Positions 52,263 to 64,000 of a stretch of DNA of 64,000 nucleotides are shown here, in pieces (position 1 is the first letter of the stretch; each line of letters starts with the position of its first letter). Origin of the DNA: Lingula anatina (Eukaryota > Animalia > Brachiopoda); the NCBI GenBank assembly GCA_051362555.1, contig CM120648.1, forward strand, positions 9,978,587 through 10,042,586, given 5' to 3'. Position numbers and translations under genes: made by a program. The notes under the pieces are model-generated. The model saw nothing but the letters and a program-made list of their open reading frames with translations, was not told where the DNA came from and made no database searches.

Positions 52263-52322
<60 letters not shown>

Positions 52323-54999
52323 GTCCTTCATTCTAGCTGTTTAATAGATCTGACCTACTACCCGTTCGACACCCAGTCCTGTGAGATGATCTGGGAGTGC
52401 TGGTCCAGTCTGGCTGAGGAGGTGAATCTGGCCGCCAACAAAACTACGATGGACCTCACAAAATATCATGTGAATGGTGAATGGGATATTACATCTACCT
52501 CAGTCAAAAGGTACGTGTTTTTAACGATTTCTTTCATTCTTTTTTCTTTCTTAATTTTCATTTTTCTTTTTTCTTTCCGGCGAATGAATATACTGTACGC
52601 ACTGCGTCACCAACTTAAAAGCTGGTGACAAAAATGCCCTCTTTCTTTCTCTCTATCATAAAGTGGTCTTGTGAATGTGTGTTATTTTTGAATTATTGAA
52701 ACCGTATTGACTGAATGTGGCTGAATCCCCTGTACCTTTCAGCATGTGACCTTGCCTATTCTAACTTTTCAGAGAGAACACTCAACACGCCGACACCAAC
52801 GGCAGCTATTCCACCGTCCACTTTACCGCCATCTTGAAGAGAAAGCCTCTGTACTTCATCAATAACATCATCACGCCGTGTGTCCTGCTGTCTGTGCTAA
52901 TGGCCTTTGTATTCCTCATTCCTCCGGACGAGGGAGAAAAGGTATGTTCTGGGCCCAGGGCTTTTCCCAGGATTGGGGGTGCAGGCCGTCCAGAATTACC
53001 ACCTGTAATTTCCTATAAAATTTCAGGGAGTCCAAGTATGCCTAAAGCCATCGTATTTCTTAAAAGTCCATAAGCCGTCCAGCCGTCTTTGAAAATAAAG
53101 GCCGTCCGATGCTGATGGCGGTCGTGCAATTGACGGCTGGGCGGTTCGCTGGGAAAAACCTTGATCTTGTTGGTGGGTTCGGTGGGTGGGTGGGTGGATT
53201 TGAACCCAACGGAAAGCTGTCCCCCCCTTTTCACAATATTAATTGGCTTAATTTGTTCCGCTGCACAGCACGCTGCCACTGAAGGGAGGGGGAAATGCCT
53301 CAAAACAGTATATGTCCTAATCTAAGCATCGAAAAACAGACTGGAAAAAAGTAACTGTCTTCTCTGACCTTATCTTTATTTACATTATATATGTATATTT
53401 ATCTTTCCTATTTCGCAAATGTTTATTCATGATTCATGTAAATATTGACAAGAAATTCAATCAGACTCAATATACACCACTTGAATTGATAACATTTTAA
53501 TATTGTTTTTGCACTTCTCAGATCGGCTTGGGGCTGACTGTGCTCCTGTCATTCAGTGTGTTTCAACTCATCGTATCAGATAGCTTGCCCAAGTCGTCCG
53601 ACCAGTCCCCCATCATCAGTAAGTCGCCTTATCACGAACAACATAGATTCCAATGCAAAACCTCACTTGTGCTCGAACCTATTAAGTTTATTTGAGCACT
53701 GTTTGTTATATTGATATTTCTATCATGAATGCAAATGTATCTTAATGAAAGTTTTGTTGTTAAACTGAAACTTTGTTGAATGATAATAACGATAACAGAA
53801 ATCTGTTCTAAAATTGTAACCATGCAGGCACATGTGTCACAAATGTCCCGGTGTTGTCCGGTTTTTCTTCTCAGTTTTGCCATTTTCCATACACACGTGT
53901 CACAGTTGTCCTAATCTTGTCCGGGTTGTCCTTATTGTTATCTGCCCTTTTTTTCAGGCACATATGTGACATATGTCCCAATCCTGCCAGGGTTGACCTT
54001 ATTAATTAATTTGACATAATTCAGGAGCACACATATACGGCACATGTGTCCCAGTCTTGTCCTGTTGTTCTAATCAGTTTTGCCATTTTCCAGGCATTTA
54101 TGTCACCGTTGTCCTAATCTTGTCCGGGCTGTCCTTAACCGGGACAATGTTGGTGTTTGTGATTCACTTCCACGGCGGATCGAAAAAGGCGCCAAATTGG
54201 CTGAGAAAAGTAAGGCACAAGATACATTGTCTTAGGTGTGATATAGACTAATAGAGCATGCATTGAATACACGTATAACTATGAAATGTATATGTACATG
54301 TGAAGGCATATTTTGCACGTTACGACTCTATTGCAAAATAATGATATATATTTTCTTGCGTGTGTTTCTGCATGTTATCAATAATAACATGTACCAAGAT
54401 ACGCTGGTACATGTAATTGCCCTAAATACCCTAAATACCATCCATTCATTAGTTAAAAGTCTATAAATTATTATTACATGTGAAAGGTGACATTTAAGTT
54501 TTAGAGCGAGTTAATATTAACCAACATTAAGACTTTCCATATGTATGGACTTGTATTAGAAGTGTGTGTCTCATTCTTTGTAAATGCAAAGTATTAATTT
54601 CAACTTAATTTACTTCAGTTCTTCTTTAACGGCATCGCCTACATCGTGTGCGCGCGCAAGCAAGTTAAAACCCTCAGTGAAAACCAGGTGGAGCCACTTG
54701 ATGGCGAGAAAACCGTCTCTGTCATGTCCGTGTCCTCGACGGCAATGAAGGCAGCCATAAACCCCGGAGAAAAGAAAAGTCAGGAGGTAATACTATTGGA
54801 GCAGATTCTACTTCATCTCAAAAAACTCACAGACAAAGAAGCGGGCAAAACTGAGGACGATGATACAGCTGACGAGTGGGTTCTCATCGCCAAAATTCTC
54901 GATCGTTTCTTGTTTATGTTGTTTATTATTTCTTTGGTGGTTAGCACTACTGCTATACTTGGGATAATGCCGAACCATGGAGTTGTGCCTACTGCATAG
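49379..54999 (+). CDS. Nicotinic acetylcholine receptor-like Cys-loop cation channel subunit, non-alpha and divergent (476 aa)
   Basis: Exons 49379-49612, 50801-50845, 51183-51292, 51791-51895, 52337-52510, 52773-52941, 53522-53618, 54094-54209, 54619-54999 (1431 nt, phase-consistent; includes the typical 45- and 110-nt nAChR exons). Motifs RPV, WLPDI, Cys-loop CLIDLTYYPFDTQSC, NGEW, GEK-M2 IGLGLTVLLS, M4 EWVLIAKILDR. Confidence 0.95.
52955..53163. mobile_element. MITE in nAChR intron 6
   Basis: cagggcttttcccag...ctgggaaaaaccttg imperfect terminal inverted repeat. Confidence 0.55.
53820..54138 (+). repeat. Degenerate tandem repeat of about 65-70 bp spanning the acceptor of nAChR exon 8
   Basis: About five diverged units of (ttttc)caggca..tgtcac..tgtcc.a.tcttgtccgg; the last unit is the real exon start. 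Confidence 0.7.
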
Positions 55000-55013
55000 A
55001 TCATGATCAATAA

Positions 55014-55255
55014 AAGTCGTTTACGCTAGGTGAAATTTCAATGGAAGTCGTCTACGCTAGATGAAATTTCAATGGAAGTCGTCTACGCTAGGTGAAATTT
55101 CAATGGAAGTCGTCTACGCTAGATGAAATTTCAATGGAAGTCGTCTACGCTAGGTGAAATTTCAATGGAAGTCGTCTACGCTAGATGAAATTTCAATGGA
55201 AGTCGTCTACGCTAGATGAAATTTCAACGGAAGCCGTCTACGCTGGATGACATTT
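55014..55255 (+). repeat. 31-bp minisatellite (about 8 copies) directly after the nAChR stop and AATAAA
   Basis: Unit aagtcgtctacgctag(g/a)tgaaatttcaatgg, head to tail with no spacers. Confidence 0.95.
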
Positions 55256-56651
55256 GACTTGATGGTTGCATGAATCTATTCCAGCGTCTGACATTATATC
55301 AAAAAGTTACGGACTGCGGCTTCCGGGATATTCAATCATAAAGACGAAAAATAATCCGCCAATAATGCCGACAAACATTTAGAGAAGTAACAGACAACAA
55401 TATTCAGCTGCAAAATCAAACAATCCGTCCAACCTACTGTAATTTCCAAAGGACGGGTGATTACTTACTTGTTCGATGGAAAATTTAATTAATTTAATCA
55501 TTTGATTACAATGTGTATTTAAACGGTGAGGCAGGTTAGCGTCTGAAGCTGGCACATGCTTTGTAGTATCTCAGGGAAATAATATGAAGTTTTTCATTTT
55601 TGTTTTTGAGACAACATTGAACCAAATTTAAACTGTACGTGTTGATTGATGTTTATGAATATCCATTTAACTTATACATAATTGGAGCATTTATCAAGAT
55701 TGAGAGTTATATAAGAAACAAATCTGGAATCAAATGTGAAGCTTGTGCACAAAAGTACGTCCACGGTTCTTGTCAAGATGTATTTTGGCGAGCGTTATTC
55801 AGAACTGAGAGAAACATATATAGACTAACCCTGACATGATTTCCATTTGCATGAATGACCAATCGCAACTTTGGTTAAATTTTATGTAAATGTGTATCCA
55901 CAAACAATGCTAGGAGTTTTTTCTACTGATAAACTTATGTGTGGTCATTTAAAAATCGCACTGCAGATGAAACTTGCACTTACCGGTATATTTTATTTTC
56001 TTCTTCTTATTTTTTTTTACTTTTATATCTTCGTGGATTTTGTGCGATAATAAATTTACATAGAATTTGCATATCATCTGTTTTTATGATTTACTAATAA
56101 AAAAGAAAAAGATGTAGAAAATATCACAGTTATTGGATGAAGAACAATAATAAAAAATAAAAGAGAGAGAGAGGTGCACTCCTGGTCCTCACAAGAAATA
56201 GATTACATTGTCTAGATAATTCTGTATCGTGGCAAATAAATTAGATTAATATTCATCCTTTTTATAGTCTTATGTCACATTTATACGTGTAGCTTTTTTT
56301 TCCTCTTTAGAGATGTCATTTTTTCATATTTTCCCCTTTTAAGCAAAGTTTTTTTTAACTGGAAATTTAAAGTTCCCCTGGTATCTTATTTCAAAATGGA
56401 GTCCTTCCCTAGATGATACTGTGAATGAAAATATAAGCCGTGTGGCGTACATATATGTCTACTATTAATTACGGAATGAATATTTCGCTATATGTGCTCG
56501 AAGTCTGTCTTCTCGCGTTAAATTTAGGGGTCGTTCGTTTGTCATGTCTTAGGTTATAATGAAGTATAATGAAATATCGGATAATTTAAGAATTTAGGTA
56601 TTCATGTCGGCCTGCAGCTACTTGTATATATATCGTTCTTTCATTTCATCC

Positions 56652-57694
56652 TTAAGTTTTTTTCTTCGGAACCGCTGTTTCTTGGTACGCCATTGTTTTA
56701 CGTTTCTTAGCTTTCTTTCCAAAACATCTGCGGAACCATTCTGTATGTCGAACGTTCCTATGCAAATAGCGTAGATGTCTTTGCAAAGTTAACAAGTCCA
56801 GGAACACGATCGTGCCGCAAACTGCCACAAGGATGATAATGGCGAAAGAGCCGATGTATTCTGCTCCCTCGGCTTCAAGGGCAGGAGTCGACCCGACGCT
56901 GGCCTTTGGCAAAGTGCTTCCAGTGGCTGTATAAGGAATAAAAATGTCTGGTTCGGTCTCTTTGACTCTCTTTTTACCATGTGCTTTGTCTGTTTGTATG
57001 TGTGTTAGTTCCTTTTATCCAATTAAAACAACTGCATTGTTCTCGTAAACGCCTAAATGCCAAGGTTGTTTTGAATAAAATGCACTTATAAGTTAAGATC
57101 TGTGTTATCTACAAATTACACTGTCCGGAATATTTGGTCTAATATCATATACATAAAGAAAAAAACAATCTAAATAGCATTAAACATAAGATTTACCTCC
57201 ACATGCTTTGATATTCGGAACCCATTGACCCGAGTCGGAGCATCTACCGATCCTTTTCGTTCCACCTTCCGGGAAAACTGTTCCATTCTTGCAATAATAT
57301 GTAACCAACGTGTTATATACGGTTGGTTCTGTATAGATTACCGTGTTCACGTTTGTGATGTTTTGAAGCTCGTTTTCTTGGCAGATTACAACTGAAAGTA
57401 CAGTATAAAATTTTGTTTAATAAGAAGAAGAAGAAGAAAAAGAATGATAATGTTTTACTGTGAGAGTAGCAAATCGATGGAAAAACCTACCAAAACAAGT
57501 GGTGAATTATATGTTTAATCAGTACATACGTTCAAAAATGAATGAATGAATAATTAAATAAATAGAAGAAAATAAAATAAAAAGTAAGAACAGATAAAAT
57601 TTGGGGTGGGCATGAGGTTCTCTATAATTACAAAGTTCGAGACTTAGAGTGCATGAACCTTAACTCACAAAGGCTTGAATCCGATTTCGCTGGA

Positions 57695-57725
<31 letters not shown>

Positions 57726-60452
57726 GCAATAACATCACGGCCACCTCTCCAAGAACAGAATAAACAATACAACGAGACAAATCCAAACAACATTTTCAAA
57801 TAGCTCTCCACTACTGTTTTGGTTTGACTTTTTGGTGCCCTCCCCCTTTTAGCAAGACCCTATACTCTGGAGATCCATCAGCAGATGAAAAGAAACTGAT
57901 AAAAAGTCCCGTTGACACCGTACACGGTAGCAAAAACTCGTATTCAGTTCTATTTTTTAATCCATCGTCATTTCATTAGACTACCAGTACTTCTTTATTT
58001 CCAGAATAACTCAAAAGTTAAAAACCTAGAACTCAAACATGGGATAATGGATCGACAATTTGAAACCGGCTCTGGATACGGCCTACCTTTTTGATTGAAG
58101 GGAAAGTGATAAAAATTTCCGGAAAATCACAATTTTGCTTTATTTATTCATGAATGTTTATTCAAAGTCATAATGTTCCTGATTCCTCTGCCTTTAGTTG
58201 ACACTAATTGGTTCCCTAAGGACATATGCAGGAATGATTCTGGCGTTAATGGGATTTTGCTCGATATGATTCATTAAGAAGACATTACAATGTCATCAAA
58301 ACACCGCCAGTGGGAAACCACGCACATGCCTTATAAATGAGTGATATCCTTACACACGTAACAATAACACTACAGAAACACAACATATGCCGAGGTTATG
58401 ACAGTTAATTGCTCTATACAGTATATTTAACAAGAAATACTAAACCAATTAGGATCGTCCAGCTTAATTATATCTAATTCCATCATTAAAGTGAACATCG
58501 TATCAGGACACAGGCATGTGTATTGATTTTTCTTTACTCAAGTTTTGATACCTGTACTTTCGGACAGTTAAATCAAGTCGAAGATACACACACTGGACAA
58601 TAGAAGTGTCACCCCTACTGAACCAATACTTTGGGGGAGATAATTGACTGTGGAATGATATGCTCCTGGTATCAATTTATTAACATCAAATTTCACAAAA
58701 AGACCAACGATACAATTCCATGGTGAAGTGGTTTCATACTCATTAGTCACATCATAAGTAGACCAGGCATTATAACTTTGATTACTCTGATTCAGGGGGT
58801 GACACTTCCATTGTCCAGTGTGTGCAGAAGTAGAGGGCTATAAAGGAAGTCTATCTGGCGGCATGGCAACTGTTTCAAAAGTGTTCAAAAACCCACCATA
58901 CATCACTGAACAACATCCACACTGGTACACTATGCTGTACAAAGTCCGATGGATTTATGCTAGACTTTTCACTCCCTGATTACTATGACATTAATCGAAA
59001 CGCTTTAGACAGCATTTCCATAGATTAAGATAGATCCATGTAGATCGACCTAACTCCCTGGGGGTTCACGGTAAATTGCTGTAAGACGAGCGCGCGCGGT
59101 AGTTAATTACCTCCTTACAGCTTTTAGTAGTCGGGACAGACATTTAAGTCGGCTAAGCTGACAGTAATCTAGTGAGACTCCCCATAGGGATAGATCGATC
59201 TAAAATCTGTGGAATGGGGTCTTAGATCACAAATGTTAGTTATCGTCGAAGTATGCTACAATTGTAGCTCAAACAGTAATCCTTCTTGACTACCATCTAC
59301 TGATAGACCTGTGTGACGTGATAAAGCGTCAACCCCCCCCCCCCCCCCCCGAAAAAGAGTCCGGTTCCCATTAATTTGGACAGGTAAGCATCGGCCTAAA
59401 TTTTGAACCCACTTATGACAAGCTAACCATAACCTGTGTGATTAAATTTGCCTTTAGAACGATACATTGTTTAAAGGAAAATAATGCCCGTTTAACATTT
59501 ATTAAGTTACTGAGCTCTTAATTTCTAATTTCATTATTATCCTTTTTTCCCTATTACTATACAGTACCAAAGTGACTCAAAATATCTTGGTGACTACAAT
59601 TATACTGCTTATATAAGATATTCGGTAGGATGAAGGGCCTGGTGTGACTTAAAGATGTATCCGAGTAAATAGTTCTTGATGTTACCAAAATGCAAAAGTG
59701 TACAACCTTAGTGACAGAGGGCGTGACAGATGTGTTCAAGTGTTTTGTTGGAGTTGAACTGATAGGGAATGCGATAGGTAGATTGCGCAAAATAATGATA
59801 ATAATAACAATAACAATAAATAACAAAAGACAGAAGCATTTCAGGGACATCGTTCTGAACTCCTCACATATAGCTTATTGAGCATCGTGCGAAAACAACA
59901 ATGTGCCCATTTCACTTTACATCATTTTGCGCCGCCATTATTGATCGATGTGACGTTTAGAACTTGATTCAAGTACATCTAAATCCATTCCCGAGACAAT
60001 GTCACGTAATTTTGTTTTTAGGTTGAATTCCGGATGTTATAAAATATAAATGGTATTAGGGAATGGAACGAGCTTGTCTTTATGAAATCGTAAAATGGTA
60101 AAGTGTCGAGCAGAATTAGTGATAATGGAGTATTCCTGCTAGGTTGACGGTGGATAAAGATTATTTTATACAACCATCGAGTGCATCCTTCTTGGTGTTT
60201 TGACTGTAATTTTATAATGGTAACCATTAATTTCAACTTGGAGCAGATGGATTGCGCATTTTGATATAGCCTGGCAGCGACATCTGTAGCTGTGACAGAG
60301 ACGGGAGTAGTAGTCTGTTAGAAAGAACCAACCACTGTCTGTTATAAAGGAATGATGGAGATTTTTGGAATTGTTTTCATTCTTTGTTTATGTTTTTACA
60401 TACAATGAACGTATACAACTAGAAAGGGGAATTTCAGCATCATTACCTTTGC

Positions 60453-60496
<44 letters not shown>

Positions 60497-63321
60497 GCTT
60501 AGAAATTTACGGTCTTTAAACAATTTTTACTTCAAATTTTCTCAACAACAAAACATACTTTGTATGTAAAGATATTGAGGGGTAAAACCTCTCGTAATAA
60601 ATACTTAAGATTGTGATGTTAGGTAAAAGAAATGAATAAAGAAATATATAAATCACACAAACGTGCAACCTTAAATGACAAAAATTGAAAAAAGAAAAAT
60701 GAATAAAGAAATGTTTACGTCATAAGAACGTCCAAAATTAAATGACAAAATTGATTTATATATAAGTCAAAGTGGCTATCTTTCGTATAATAGGACAATC
60801 AGCATAACAATGATAATCAGCTAAACAGTTTTTTTTTACCTGAACATGGAGGAAGCGCCATCTTTGACCACGTGCCATTTTCTGTGCAAGTGATCGTCTG
60901 TGCCTTTTCCATTGACGGAAAACGGTACCCTGTGCCGCAAACATAAGTCACTGTAGAATTCACACCGGTGTCATTTCCGATTCGTTCTGCATTAATGACA
61001 AACGGGATGTCGTTACACACGGAAACGCTTGTAGTAGCATGAACTGGGGCAGTAGTTACGGCAACTGTTGACCGTGCATCCGTGATTGACGGAACGGATC
61101 CTGTTGTCTGAGTCACTGTCACAATAGAAGTGGCCTCAGTTGCTGTATTGTCACTCAAGACCTCGCTAGAAGTCATTATAGAATCGATAGATATCTTTTG
61201 ACTTTCTTCACCTAAGAGGGTTATCTCAGCTATCTCCATATATGAAGAAATAACAGGGAAATAGGTTACGGCAATGGAATACTTTTCATTTTTCGAACTT
61301 GAGGGTGCTATGGTACTTTTTTCAGTATCGGAATTTGGCTGCACGGCGGGCGACAATGTTGACTTCAGGGTATTTACTTGACTACTGCTGGTACTTTGCG
61401 ACATGGCACCGGTCGCCAGTGTTGAAGTCAGGATGTTAACTTGACTACTGCTGCTACTTGGCGACATAAAACCAGTCGCCAATGTTGAAGTCAGGATGTT
61501 AACATGACTACTGCTGCTACTTGGCGACATGGCAGAGGTCGCCAAAGTTGAAGGCAGTATATCTACTTGACTACTGCTGCTACTTGGCGACATGGCAGCG
61601 GTCGCCAAAGTTGAAGGCAATATATCTACTTGACTACTGCTGCTACTTGGCGACATGGCAGCGGTCGCCAAAGTTGAAGGCAATATATCTACTTGATTAC
61701 TGCTGCTACTTGGTGACATGGCAGCGGTCGCCAAAGTTGAAGGCAATATATCTACTTGATTACTGCTGCTACTTGGTGACATGGCAGCGGTCGCAAATGT
61801 TGAAGTCAAGATATCTACTTGACTGCTGCTGCTGACGCTACTTGTCACGACGCATTCAATTGTTATAAAGAATTCCGTTTCACTGGTCGAAGTAATAGGT
61901 CTATTGTTTTCGGAAATTGTTGCTGATGTCATGGAAACTGTTTCATGACTGCTTGGGGTTAAAGTGGACGACGAAGAGGAAGCTGAAGACAGCACATTGG
62001 TAGATTGGGCCACTGGACTACTAGAGCGGGATGAATGGCGTTCTAAATGGTTCTTGAATGCTGAAATGATAAAAAGGAATGGGGCCATAGACCCCATTTC
62101 CATAGATTTTAGATCGATCTATCCCTGTGGGGAGTCTCACTAGATTACTGTCAGCTTAGCCGGCTAAAAGCGTCTGTCCCGCCTACTAAAAGCTGTAAAG
62201 GGGTAATTAACTATGGTGCGCGCACGGCTCTCTGCAATTTAGCGTGAACCCCCCAGGAAGTTAGGTCGATCTAAATCTTAATCTCTGGATCGATCTAAAT
62301 CGAATGCACCCATAATTATGTCATTTTTAAATAGTCTAATCCTGCTGTCAACATTAGTTTCATAAACTGTAGCCGTGACACGTACTGACAAGACCAAAAA
62401 CAAGATGAAGCATTCTCGATTTATTTAACAAAACAATGTCAACTCCAATTTACTCTACGATCGAAGCATTTCCTAAATTCAGTAGGGTACAAATAATTGA
62501 ACGGTTTTCTGCTTTTTTTACTTTGCAATTTGAACAAAATCTTCGTGGTTATTTATACTTAAACTTACCTTCAGTGAAAATCAGAGTAGTGGTGCTTGTT
62601 TCGAAAACTGTATCATTAATATAAGAGTCGTACTGTGGGTCAGCGGTAAAAACCACGTGGCCATTCGACACAGCGTCAGCTAAGGTTGACGTCACATATA
62701 CTTTGTGGCATGTCCCGGAATTTGTTTTGTAGGTGACCGCCACACAAGGCGAACCCGAGCTGGATTCGCACAGATTTATGCAGTTTTCTGGGGACTTTTG
62801 CCCCCCGGAAAGTGTGATGCTCTCTCCTAGTACTCCATTGCTATCTGTCATCTTTACATCAGTCCGCTGGAACCACGCGCAAAAGCAAGGCCCTAAAACA
62901 CATAGCAGTTGAATTTTTTTAAACAAGAACAACAGAGAGTATAGATTTTAGCAATGTAAATGCAAAACATGTCAATATTTTTCCAAAGAGGATTTATCAA
63001 TCAAAACCATATTTTACATTAAGATACTATATAGTGTTACTCAGTAGACAAAAAAGGGCGTGTTTAGTGCGAAAGATATACATGTATACGCGTTTAAAAA
63101 GCCCCAATGCTATAATTTATGTTTAGTTATGAGGTCATTGATTATATCCTACGTGTACCAAGCTACTTCTATTTTTCAAATCAAAACTTTAACCCCCCCC
63201 CCCCCCCCACACACACACACACACAAATAAAGATATGCTTTATGCTGAAATTTCCTTTTGAATTGTTAGGAACATTACGTTCTACGAAAAAGTGTGCCTT
63301 GGCACTATTAGGATTGTTAAA

Positions 63322-63374
<53 letters not shown>

Positions 63375-63478
63375 TGGACAAACAGCCATACATGTATAAA
63401 CTGATGAAAATAAATACTCAGAGAAAAAAGCAATACCTGCTATATAAACAACAGCGATCGCTAGCCTTAAAAATGTAC
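56652..63478 (-). CDS. Type I membrane protein: PAN/Apple, Ser/Thr mucin stalk, two Sushi/CCP domains, TM, basic tail (5' incomplete)
   Basis: Phase-1 exons 63478-63437 (signal-peptide core TFLRLAIAVVYIA, less certain), 62892-62569 (PAN-like), 62060-60840 (mucin plus Sushi), 57391-57197 (Sushi), 56926-56652 (TM YIGSFAIIILVAVCGTIVFLD). ATG exon not found. Confidence 0.8.
58587..58824. mobile_element. MITE with 29-bp terminal inverted repeats (Tc1/mariner-like)
   Basis: cacacactggacaatagaagtgtcacccc versus ggggtgacacttccattgtccagtgtgtg; TA on the left flank. Confidence 0.75.
59010..59222. mobile_element. MITE; inverted copy at 62088-62300
   Basis: The reverse complement matches 62088-62300 over most of its length (tagatcgatctatccct..gggagtctcactagattactgtcagcttagcc). 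Confidence 0.75.
61336..61836 (-). repeat. Coding 63-bp (21-aa) mucin tandem repeat, about 8 copies
   Basis: SSSSSQVDILPSTLATAAMSP units in ORF 60817-62103. Confidence 0.9.
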
Positions 63479-64000
63479 CTGAAAATAAATCCCAAAATGA
63501 ACATTTAAAGTATACATGTATATTTGGACGATGAACATTTATGTTTTGTTCCGAATATAAAAATTACATAACGTGCCAATTACCATGTCAAGGCCCACTT
63601 TATCCCTTGCAGTGCTTCAATTGTTGTACCTTATTAAGAGGGTTCGATGCGTTATGAAGCCCACATCATGTAAAAATTCTTATCTTAATAACAATGAATG
63701 ACAAATAAACATTTTCAGAGCGAAAGCTCCGTTTTTGTTGTTATATACAAGACCTTATGAGCTTCAGCAATTAGAGTGACCAAAGGATAATTTTCAATTT
63801 CACTGCTTTATAATAATAATAACAATAATGATGTTTATTTGCAACAAAATTAGTTTGATTATTACAAATTTTTGGATCCACTAAATGGAATTATATTAAT
63901 TGGCACTTTCAGGATATTTAAAATGCATTAAGCTTTATTTTAAAACACAAAAACTTTAGTTTTCGAAAGATTGCAGTGCCCATGATACGATCAAATGTCT

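Noticed and set aside
52263-52318. Long poly(A) tract as a retroposon tail (also near 4180, 9580, 60455)
   Set aside because: No recognisable SINE/LINE body or target duplication; homopolymer lengths may be unreliable in the assembly.
49379-54999. Assigning an alpha-subunit gene symbol such as CHRNA7/9/10
   Set aside because: No vicinal cysteines in loop C, and orthology cannot be set without a phylogeny.
55014-55255. 31-bp repeats as a CRISPR array
   Set aside because: Units are head to tail with no unique spacers, there are no cas genes, and the context is eukaryotic.
61521-61835. Plus-strand repetitive ORF with YCCY motifs
   Set aside because: Antisense reading of the 63-bp mucin repeat.
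62061-62103. MEMGSMAPFLF as the start of the 428-aa ORF
   Set aside because: It comes from intron and MITE sequence; the exon begins at the acceptor at 62060, in phase with the PAN exon.
63630-63670. Possible ATG exon for the PAN-mucin gene
   Set aside because: In-frame stops precede the donor in the required phase.

Overview
AT-rich, intron-containing animal genomic DNA, most likely a lophotrochozoan invertebrate (inferred from gene and repeat content). No prokaryotic features or CRISPR arrays. Gene models were built by hand from GT-AG sites and phase checks. (1) Two tandem minus-strand GT7 (B4GALT/bre-4-like) glycosyltransferase paralogs with unusual donor-pocket substitutions, plus signs of a third copy left of the window. 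(2) A convergent paralog pair of secreted proteins with an architecture I do not recognise: signal peptide, Ly6/quiver-like three-finger domain, linker, furin site, chitin-binding type-2 (CBM14) Cys-rich module. (3) Two tandem tRNA-His(GTG) genes. (4) A small secreted PAN/Apple+SRCR gene. (5) A 9-exon cation-type Cys-loop (nAChR-like) subunit with a largely dismantled acetylcholine pocket. (6) A 5'-incomplete PAN-mucin-2xSushi-TM gene. Between them lie many MITEs, TTAA-flanked Kolobok-like elements, a 2-kb CACTG-ended element, a decayed Tc1 transposase, Helentron-like repeats and two minimal hammerhead-ribozyme motifs. The best novelty candidates are the three-finger/chitin-binding pair, the rewired GT7 enzymes and the orphan-like nAChR. 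All family assignments come from motif recognition, not database searches.
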